This document shows, in pieces, positions 8,089 through 14,658 of a stretch of DNA of 27,681 nt; position 1 is the stretch's first letter, and each line of letters opens with the position of its first letter. Source of the DNA: Acidobacteriota bacterium (lineage in GTDB: Bacteria > Acidobacteriota > HRBIN11 > JAKEFK01). The stretch spans positions 1 to 27,681 of the forward strand of contig JBKKAT010000853.1 of NCBI GenBank assembly GCA_046714535.1, in the 5' to 3' direction. Made by a program: the position numbers and the translations under genes. The notes under the pieces were generated by a model. The model did no database searches. It worked only from the letters and a program-made list of their open reading frames with translations, and was not told where the DNA came from.

Positions 8089-9294
8089 TTATCTGGTTAC
8101 TTCCAGGGCAATTGTTGTTGTTCGTTTCAGCGTACCGATTTTTCCGCGAACCGTGATCCGGTAGTCCCCCGGCGCCATATCGCTTTCCGCAGTCAGTGTC
8201 AGCGTTACCGATTTGCCGGTGGAACTGAGCTCGAAGTCTCCTGAAATTCCTTCCGGCGGGTCATTAATCCGAAATTTGATCGGATCGGAAAGATTGATGC
8301 GCGCAATTCGTAACTGGATGTGGATCGAATTACCGCGCTCCACAGTTGTCTGATATTGAGTTGGATAAATTGTGAAGTTCGGTAAAGTAGTTGAATCGGA
8401 GCGTTTCCGGTCTTGAATCACGGACTTTATTTTTTTCAACACGTAGACCGATGTCAGGTTTCGTTGATTGAACCCGTAACGTAAACCTTCGGTCGTGAAT
8501 ATTGCCGGCTCGCCCAGATTGAAAACGTTCGGATGAATTCCTTTCGCATCCATTCCCTGATGAATGATGGCCGGTCCACGAAGCGAAAGCCAGTAGTTCC
8601 AGAGTGGAACCTGAAGCATCGTGGCAACTTCCTGAATGATGTTATTGTATGTGGCGACTCTACGTCCCATGATCGGATTGTCCAATCGCGGTGGAATGGT
8701 GCTTAAAACCGGCACAACACCGCTCAGCATCGTCTCCTGCACCACGAGGCTAAGGTTCGCGCGGAATTTTTCCGGATCATCCTCTTCCAGATCGTTTGTG
8801 CCAAGCATGATCAAAGCAATGCTCGGTTTGAGCAAACGGAATTCACAGCGCAGCGGGTTATCATCCGGAGGTGGACATGCCGAAAGCGGGTTCGGAAATT
8901 TCGTTAGCGGTTCCGCCGCGGTCCAGCCGTTCTGTGCAGGCAGACTGTCTCGGGAAAATGAATTTGCTCTGCCACACCACACGGTCGTATAAGAGGGCGG
9001 AAATGCTGTGCCACGAAAAAACTGGATCGTCGAAGCCAACGACTGATGATTCGCCAGGACTTCCGCGCTGCATCCGATATCTTTTTGAAAATATTTGCTT
9101 CTGGTGATGCTGTCGCCGACTTTAGCAAAAACGGTAGGACGATTTCCAGCCGCGACACCGGTTTTGTAAACGTTTCGGAGTTGAAATTTCATCGTTTTGT
9201 CGATCGAAGGAACCACCGGCGGTTGCTGTGCAAGCGCGAATTGCGGCAACCCAAAAAGAATCAGAAAAATTGAGATGCAAAAATGTGGTTTCAT
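8089..9294 (-). CDS. Secreted SGNH/GDSL hydrolase with a C-terminal Ig-like beta domain
   Basis: Signal peptide; block I VGDSIT, block III MLGTND, block V DAKGIHPN; beta-rich C-terminus (PGDYRITVRG). Confidence 0.85.
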   Translation of the reverse strand: MKPHFCISIFLILFGLPQFALAQQPPVVPSIDKTMKFQLRNVYKTGVAAGNRPTVFAKVGDSITRSKYFQKDIGCSAEVLANHQSLASTIQFFRGTAFPPSYTTVWCGRANSFSRDSLPAQNGWTAAEPLTKFPNPLSACPPPDDNPLRCEFRLLKPSIALIMLGTNDLEEDDPEKFRANLSLVVQETMLSGVVPVLSTIPPRLDNPIMGRRVATYNNIIQEVATMLQVPLWNYWLSLRGPAIIHQGMDAKGIHPNVFNLGEPAIFTTEGLRYGFNQRNLTSVYVLKKIKSVIQDRKRSDSTTLPNFTIYPTQYQTTVERGNSIHIQLRIARINLSDPIKFRINDPPEGISGDFELSSTGKSVTLTLTAESDMAPGDYRITVRGKIGTLKRTTTIALEVTR

Positions 9295-9306
9295 AATAAT
9301 CAGAAG

Positions 9307-9315
9307 ATTCTAGCA
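9307..9315 (-). promoter_or_regulatory. Extended -10 promoter for the SGNH gene
   Basis: TGCTAGAAT on the minus strand, 12 bp upstream of the ATG. Confidence 0.5.
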
Positions 9316-9318
9316 TGG

Positions 9319-9345
9319 TTGACCATCAGATATGGATGCTATAAT
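9319..9345 (+). promoter_or_regulatory. Sigma-70 promoter for sulfatase-like gene 1
   Basis: TTGACC ... TGCTATAAT (perfect extended -10; the 15-bp spacer is short). Confidence 0.55.
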
Positions 9346-9357
9346 CACTGACTTGCC

Positions 9358-11532
9358 ATGAGCCAGATCTCGTACCTCTTTCGCTGTTTACTTCCATTCC
9401 TGTTGATATTTTTGCTGCTGGCTTGTAAGGAGCAACCGGAGCCCAAAAAAACAGAGGAAACCAAACCTTCTTATGTGCGGATAGACCGGCTTCTTCAAGA
9501 AAAATCCACAAAGCTGCAGGGTGGTCTTCCGATCCATTTCACCAATCCCGAGGATTCTAAAAAATTGGGATGGGAGAGCAATAGTAATTTTTTACGCGCC
9601 GTGCGTAAACGGACGATCCTTGAGATACCGGAACCTCCGCTGAAGGATACCAATACATTCTTAATGTTTCGCGCCCGTTTGCCGGCGAATGTGCCGTCGC
9701 AAACGGTCACCATCCACAGCGGAAAAAGACAGTTCTTTTTCATGGACTTAACGAACGGATGGAAGGAGTACCAGGCGGCGCTTCCACCGGGCGCAAAGAA
9801 GATCCGTTTTGTTTTTGAGGGGAAGAATAAGACCGGTTCCTTCGGAGATTTTACTGATTTTCAGTTGCAATTCTACGGCCATACCTCATTCAAAGTGGGA
9901 AATGAAGTGAGATCCTCCATCATTCTTCCCGCGAACACGTCCCTTTCTTTTCTGTTGACTGTCCCAACGGGAAATCCCTTTCTCTCACTAGGTGTTGCCG
10001 TGCAGGGGGACAATCAGGAAATACCACTTTCCGTCATGCTAAAGGAAGACTCTCTCACCAAGACACAAGAACTGCCTGCCTCTTCAAAAGAGTGGCGGGA
10101 CCATCAAATCGACTTGAGCGCGTTCGCAGGAAAGCAAGTGCATTTGGAACTCAAATCCACCGGAAAAGCTCGATCGTCGCGTCCTGACACATGGTTTGCG
10201 GCATGGAGCAATCCGGAAATTGTTGATCTTTCTGCGAAGAGAGAAGGTCCAAACATTATCCTGTTTTCCATCGATGCTATACGCTGGGACCATTTGTCGC
10301 ACTACGGCTACTCCATAAAGACGAGCCCGAATCTGGATATGCTGGCGCAAAGATCTACCGTATTCAAGAACGCCTATTGCACTTCTCCCAGCACGTTGCC
10401 GTCTCACGCGTCCCTGATGACAGGACTTTATGTGGGGCAACATCATGTGGGTAGAAAAACGAGAGGGATCCGGCGCCTCGAACGGATTCCTGAAAGATTT
10501 CTCACCCTTGCGGAACTTGCTTCGCAAAAGAACTACCGCACCGCCGCCATAACGGATGATGGCTACGTTTCCAGTTTCTACGGTTTTCAACAGGGATTTC
10601 AGCAATACTTTGATAACAATGATGTAGAAAAAAATGAGATCGTACAAACGATCGATGACGGGATCCTCTGGCTCAAGAAAAATCAATCGAGACCATTCTT
10701 CCTTTTTTTACACAGCTATGAAGTCCATGAACCTTTTACGCCACCGCTGAGCGCTTTTCAGCATCTTTTTCCGAATCACAAATTGAAAGGGGGCAAAAGC
10801 CCGGAAATTCATAATGAGTGGCTGAAAGATGTCATGACCGGAAAAAAGGTTCCCACTGCTGAGGAAAAGGAGCTCGTCCGAAAAGCTTTTGACGCCGAAA
10901 TTTATTTCTTCGATCAACAGTTTGGACGTCTGCTAAAGGAGCTGCAAAATCTTCGTCTGAATCAAAACACCATTCTCATCATATTCTCGGATCATGGGCA
11001 ACAGTTCTTTGAAAGAGGAAATAGTTTCGGGCACGCAAGCTCGCTTCTTCCCGAAGAAATCCGGATTCCCCTGATCTTGTATCTCCCCGGCAAAGCCCCT
11101 CAAGAAAGAAAAGAGATTGTGTCGCTGGTGGATGTTTATCCAACTGTCGCGTCTTTGATTGGCGTAAAGAACCCTCCACAGGTGGATGGGCTGAACTTAA
11201 TGCAGGCTTCAAATAAACAACTTCAGAATCGATCCATCTATTACGAAATCAATTTCGGTGAGAAAGTGCTCTGGGGGATGCAAAATCACGAATACAAACT
11301 GCTCGTGGATTCATCGACCGGTCTCGAATACCTTTTTGATCTTCGCAAAGACCCCGAAGAGGCGAAGAATCTGATTGGTCTTTCACCCCGCGCATTGAAA
11401 CCTATGAAGGAACTGCTTTCTGCTTACATCGCGAAATCAATCGCCGAACCGAAATTTCGGGATAAGGAACCGGACGTGGAGGAGGCGAAGGAATTGAATG
11501 AACGATTGCGGGCGCTTGGGTATCTGAACTGA
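9358..11532 (+). CDS. Sulfatase-like lipoprotein of the alkaline phosphatase superfamily, Thr-nucleophile type (paralog 1)
   Basis: Lipobox LLLAC; PNIILFSIDAIRWD; STLPSHASLMTG; HSYEVHEPF; FSDHG; C-terminal LRALGYLN. Confidence 0.88.
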   Translation: MSQISYLFRCLLPFLLIFLLLACKEQPEPKKTEETKPSYVRIDRLLQEKSTKLQGGLPIHFTNPEDSKKLGWESNSNFLRAVRKRTILEIPEPPLKDTNTFLMFRARLPANVPSQTVTIHSGKRQFFFMDLTNGWKEYQAALPPGAKKIRFVFEGKNKTGSFGDFTDFQLQFYGHTSFKVGNEVRSSIILPANTSLSFLLTVPTGNPFLSLGVAVQGDNQEIPLSVMLKEDSLTKTQELPASSKEWRDHQIDLSAFAGKQVHLELKSTGKARSSRPDTWFAAWSNPEIVDLSAKREGPNIILFSIDAIRWDHLSHYGYSIKTSPNLDMLAQRSTVFKNAYCTSPSTLPSHASLMTGLYVGQHHVGRKTRGIRRLERIPERFLTLAELASQKNYRTAAITDDGYVSSFYGFQQGFQQYFDNNDVEKNEIVQTIDDGILWLKKNQSRPFFLFLHSYEVHEPFTPPLSAFQHLFPNHKLKGGKSPEIHNEWLKDVMTGKKVPTAEEKELVRKAFDAEIYFFDQQFGRLLKELQNLRLNQNTILIIFSDHGQQFFERGNSFGHASSLLPEEIRIPLILYLPGKAPQERKEIVSLVDVYPTVASLIGVKNPPQVDGLNLMQASNKQLQNRSIYYEINFGEKVLWGMQNHEYKLLVDSSTGLEYLFDLRKDPEEAKNLIGLSPRALKPMKELLSAYIAKSIAEPKFRDKEPDVEEAKELNERLRALGYLN

Positions 11533-11539
11533 TTCATCA

Positions 11540-11570
11540 CAGAGTCACGAAGATGAGCTTCGTGACTCTG
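11540..11570. terminator. Perfect 13-bp hairpin between convergent genes (possible bidirectional terminator or repeat remnant)
   Basis: CAGAGTCACGAAG-ATGAG-CTTCGTGACTCTG; no clear U-tract on either strand. Confidence 0.55.
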
Positions 11571-11585
11571 CCGGATTAATTCTTT

Positions 11586-13064
11586 CTACCCGGGGCAGTG
11601 GTTCTGCGAACAAGGTTTCCAGTAGAGGAAAACTCTTGTGCCGATTGCAGGCGGCCAATTCAGCGGACAGGCATTGAAAATTTCAAAGACGTTGTTCCCG
11701 ACGTCCTTCATTCCCTGGATAATTCCAAAGAACTCATCCCGTCCGGAAGTACCGGCCTTTCTCATGTCGCCGCAGTTGTAGAAGGAGTTTGCGCAGGTGG
11801 ACCCGGCTGGAAGTTGCACAATGGCCCATTGGCCGCGGACTCCAATTACGTTTCCGAAGATAAAGCCTCCTCTCGGCGCCGGATTTGTACAAGTGCCGGT
11901 GCCGCCACCGCCACCCCCGCCGCCACCACTTGTTACAGAAAGACTCTTTTGAGCAGTATCTTCCAGATCATCGTTGTCCTTGACCTTCAGCTTAACGGCA
12001 AAATTTCCAGTCCGGCCGAATACATGAGAGACCGTTCTGCCGTCTGCCGTCTTTCCGTCTCCGAAGTTCCAATCATAGGACCTGATGTTCCCATCCGAGT
12101 CACTGCTGGAGGACGCGCTGAATTGAAAATTCGTACTTGCGTCGCCACTCGATGGGGACACAGTAAAAGCTGCATTCGGATTTTTTCCACGGATTTTTAT
12201 TTCTTTTTGAATGGACGATCGCAATCCACTGTTATCTCTCACATTGAGTTCGACTGCAAAGAGATCCACTCTTGCAAATTTGTGCTTCACAGTCTTTCCG
12301 TGCGCTCTCGACCCATCTTTGAAGTCCCATTCATAATCCGTGATTCGTCCATCTTTGTCGTCACTACCGGAAGCATCAAACTGAAAAATTGTGTTGATCG
12401 GCCCGTTATGCGGTGAAAAAGTAAAACGCGCAACGGGGTACACAATATTCTCTATTTGTACATCTCTTTCGTTTGTACCCTTTCCCTGGTTGTTATCAGT
12501 GACAGTCAGCTTGACTTTGAAGTTGCCGGCCGCGTTATATACGTGCGTGGCTTGCTTGCCGCTTGCTGTGTGGCTATCACCAAAATCCCAACTATAGCCG
12601 GTGATGCTGCCATCCGGATCCCGGGAGGCTGAAGCGTCAAACGTGAAACGCGTGTCCTTGGATCCTTGCGACGGACTCATAGTAAAGGACGCAACGGGAG
12701 AACGATTATCACTGATGCTCAACAAATCCGAGTTCGTTGCGACTCCTGCTGGAGTGGCCACTCGAATCAGTCGTTTGCCGGAAGGCGCATCCGCATTTAC
12801 AGAAAAAACAACTTCCAGATCGTTGGGATTAACAATCCGGGTTCCATGGATTTTAATACCGGAATCCAAATCGACGGCTACAATTCCAGAGAAATTACTC
12901 CCCAAAACATGGCCTGTTACGTTTTGTTCACCGCGACTCACCTGAGCCGGCGACATTCCGGTTACGGTTGGTTTGTTTTCGCCTGACGTCAAATCGCTTG
13001 TGTTACATGCGTTGAAGGCGAGCAGGCAGGTGATGGCTAAAATAAAGAGAAGACACCCTCTCAT
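11586..13064 (-). CDS. Lipoprotein: IPT/TIG-like domain, 3 PKD domains, poly-Gly linker, 6-Cys C-terminal domain (paralog 1)
   Basis: Lipobox FNAC; three FDAS.S.D.DG.I..Y.W.FxDG PKD repeats; GGGGGGGGG linker; AGGAGG-type RBS upstream. Confidence 0.9.
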   Translation of the reverse strand: MRGCLLFILAITCLLAFNACNTSDLTSGENKPTVTGMSPAQVSRGEQNVTGHVLGSNFSGIVAVDLDSGIKIHGTRIVNPNDLEVVFSVNADAPSGKRLIRVATPAGVATNSDLLSISDNRSPVASFTMSPSQGSKDTRFTFDASASRDPDGSITGYSWDFGDSHTASGKQATHVYNAAGNFKVKLTVTDNNQGKGTNERDVQIENIVYPVARFTFSPHNGPINTIFQFDASGSDDKDGRITDYEWDFKDGSRAHGKTVKHKFARVDLFAVELNVRDNSGLRSSIQKEIKIRGKNPNAAFTVSPSSGDASTNFQFSASSSSDSDGNIRSYDWNFGDGKTADGRTVSHVFGRTGNFAVKLKVKDNDDLEDTAQKSLSVTSGGGGGGGGGTGTCTNPAPRGGFIFGNVIGVRGQWAIVQLPAGSTCANSFYNCGDMRKAGTSGRDEFFGIIQGMKDVGNNVFEIFNACPLNWPPAIGTRVFLYWKPCSQNHCPG

Positions 13065-13247
13065 TCTCCAGTCCTCCTAGAAAGAGCTTTTGGCTCCTTA
13101 GTTGCCTGCTATTCTACTGCAATTCCAGAACCTGCGTCAATACTATTGTTGTAGTATGACTTCCTAGATATTGTGTTCCAATTTTGGACAATACCAGCAA
13201 TTGTAATCTTTGGTTGTGAATCTTTTTATGGTTTAATCCAGAACCTA

Positions 13248-13282
13248 ATAAAATGAAAAATTAAAAATAAAAAATGAAAAAT
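13248..13282 (+). repeat. Left inverted repeat made of a heptamer tandem array
   Basis: From 13250: AAAATGA AAAATTA AAAATAA AAAATGA AAAAT(AG). Confidence 0.92.
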
Positions 13283-13310
13283 AGGCGGCTAAGGCACCCC
13301 GGTAGGTTTT

Positions 13311-13683
13311 ATGGATAGGAAAGAGAGAAAAGAGAGTTTAAGTTCCGGATTTACCGGTACGTTCTTCGCTTGATCCGGTTTCTAACGAAGCTCTCTAACG
13401 ATCCAGTTGTGTATGAAATAAAGAGACAACTGATTAAAAGTGGAACGTCGATGGGGGCCAATTACTTCGAAGCACAGGGAGCGAGTTCGAGAAATGATTT
13501 TAGAAACTTTTTCAGCTATGCACTCAAATCGTCCAACGAGAGGAAGTTTTGGCTTGCCCTTCTACGCGATAGTGGGTTGGTTTCTGCGGAACTGGCTGAA
13601 GAAAACGAATATCTCCTGGTTGAAACGAAAGAGATAGCAAATATTTTTGCTTCCAGCATCATCACTATGAAAAGAAAAAGTAA
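13311..13683 (+). pseudogene. Four-helix-bundle protein (23S rRNA IVP/Avd-like fold) with apparent single-base frameshifts at both ends, or fused to the downstream gene
   Basis: Core RQLIKSGTSMGANYFEAQGASSRNDF...ALKSSNERKFWLALL...ETKEIANIF is typical of the family. ATG 13311 and TAA 13681-13683 each lie one base out of frame with the core, next to A4 and A5 runs. Confidence 0.7.
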
Positions 13684-13717
13684 AAATGAAAAAGAAAAAA
13701 TGAAAAATGAAAAATAC
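13683..13717 (+). repeat. Internal heptamer array, same orientation as the left repeat
   Basis: AAAATGA AAAAGAA AAAATGA AAAATGA AAAATAC. Confidence 0.9.
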
Positions 13718-13760
13718 GGGCTCGGAGCTTACTTCATCTGCATGACTGTCTCATCCGCCC

Positions 13761-13795
13761 ATTTTTCATTTTTTATTTTTAATTTTTCATTTTAT
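13761..13795 (-). repeat. Right inverted repeat
   Basis: ATTTTTCATTTTTTATTTTTAATTTTTCATTTTAT. Confidence 0.92.
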
Positions 13796-14215
13796 ATGTC
13801 AGTAGCGATCTTTCTCGGCATCACATTTCTATTTTTCGCGATCCGTTCGCGCCCAATCCTTTTTCATTTGCTTTGCGCCGGACTGCTGGTTGGTTTTGTT
13901 TGGTGGACAGGCCGGACACTGATGGCCGGCTCGATCGGGGAATGGATCATTGCAACGGTTGGCCTGATCCTTTATTGGTTTGGTCTTACGATTGTGCGAA
14001 TCATGCTAACGCGCAGCGTAAGTCTTCACATGCTGGCGAACTATGCATTGGGGAGGGAAACGAAGACCGCCAGTCAAGGAATCGCGGACCGACTCCAGGA
14101 TGCCAGACAATTTGGTCTGGTATCCTCAACACAGGATGGATACAAGCTTACGGCGTTCGGATCTTTCATCGCCGGCATCGTGGCTTTTTGCTACTGGATT
14201 CTGAGAATCAAATAA
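13796..14215 (+). CDS. Small membrane protein (about 3 TM) with a winged-helix-like C-terminal segment, paralog A
   Basis: MSVAIFLG...; hydrophobic N-terminal half, then RSVSLHML...IADRLQDARQFGLVSSTQDGYKLTAFG. It is in frame with the four-helix core. Confidence 0.7.
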   Translation: MSVAIFLGITFLFFAIRSRPILFHLLCAGLLVGFVWWTGRTLMAGSIGEWIIATVGLILYWFGLTIVRIMLTRSVSLHMLANYALGRETKTASQGIADRLQDARQFGLVSSTQDGYKLTAFGSFIAGIVAFCYWILRIK

Positions 14216-14658
14216 TGGATGTCCTTATTATTGTTGTTGCCGGATTTTTGATTGCTGTTTGCCTGAGCGAAGTTGCACTGAAGGGTACCAAACTTCAAAC
14301 GGGTCTCACGAAGGTTGTGCTGGTCCATATTGCAGTAGCAGGCTCGCTGCTGGTTTATTTTTTTGCAACGGGACGAATGGTGTGGGACGCGCTTCTGATT
14401 TTCTGGGCAGGAGCATTTTTGACATGGTTTGGCGTCCGGAGTCATATGGAAAGCTCGATCCTTTTGCGAATGCTATATCTATTGCGTAGAGGACTCGTCT
14501 CTGAGAGCCGGTTACTGCAAGAATATGAATCCCACTATGGAGAAGCTCAACGCCTGGAAGAGTTATTCCGTGGAGGTCTTCTGGAGCAAACACCGGATGG
14601 AATCGTGGTTACATCTAAGGGCAAATTTATTCTTCGCGTTGTTTCCTTTTTAAAATGA
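14215..14658 (+). CDS. Small membrane protein (about 3 TM) with a winged-helix-like C-terminal segment, paralog B
   Basis: TAATG overlap with the previous stop; MDVLIIVV...SSILLRML...QRLEELFRGGLLEQTPDGIVVTSKG. Confidence 0.75.
   Translation: MDVLIIVVAGFLIAVCLSEVALKGTKLQTGLTKVVLVHIAVAGSLLVYFFATGRMVWDALLIFWAGAFLTWFGVRSHMESSILLRMLYLLRRGLVSESRLLQEYESHYGEAQRLEELFRGGLLEQTPDGIVVTSKGKFILRVVSFLK

Larger units (their letters stand above)
13248..13795. mobile_element. 548-bp element bounded by perfect 35-bp terminal inverted repeats, carrying a four-helix-bundle gene and no transposase
   Basis: 13248-13282 is the exact reverse complement of 13761-13795, and the downstream ATG starts at 13796. Mobility is inferred, not shown. 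Confidence 0.6.

Noticed and set aside
9358-11532. Annotation as a true arylsulfatase or choline sulfatase
   Set aside because: The formylglycine motif (C/S)xPxR is absent.
11899-11930. GCC/ACC microsatellite-like tracts (also near 18825-18850)
   Set aside because: They are explained as poly-Gly linkers with mixed codons, not pure contingency repeats.
11598-12416. 272-aa plus-strand ORF, the 235-aa ORF at 26240..26947 and the other short overlapping ORFs
   Set aside because: They are antisense or alternate-frame shadows of well-supported genes and have no recognisable motifs.
13140-13193. Short palindromes upstream of PKD1 (ATACTA-N6-TAGTAT; TATTGT...ACAATA)
   Set aside because: They are short and AT-rich, so likely to arise by chance, and they match no other site in the window.
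13670-13690. Programmed -1 frameshift site
   Set aside because: The in-frame context A AAA AGT is not a canonical X XXY YYZ slippery heptamer.
13248-13795. rRNA intervening sequence, DGR or IS element
   Set aside because: No rRNA sequence, reverse transcriptase, TR/VR pair or transposase is visible in the window.
13873-14214. N-terminal extension of the 261-aa ORF
   Set aside because: It overlaps paralog A in another frame; the TAATG coupling supports a start at 14215.
13370-14215. The 281-aa ORF as one ordinary gene
   Set aside because: It joins a four-helix-bundle core, translated repeat DNA (KNEKEKMKNEK, FSFFIFNFSF) and a separate membrane protein. It is treated as two genes, with fusion left open.
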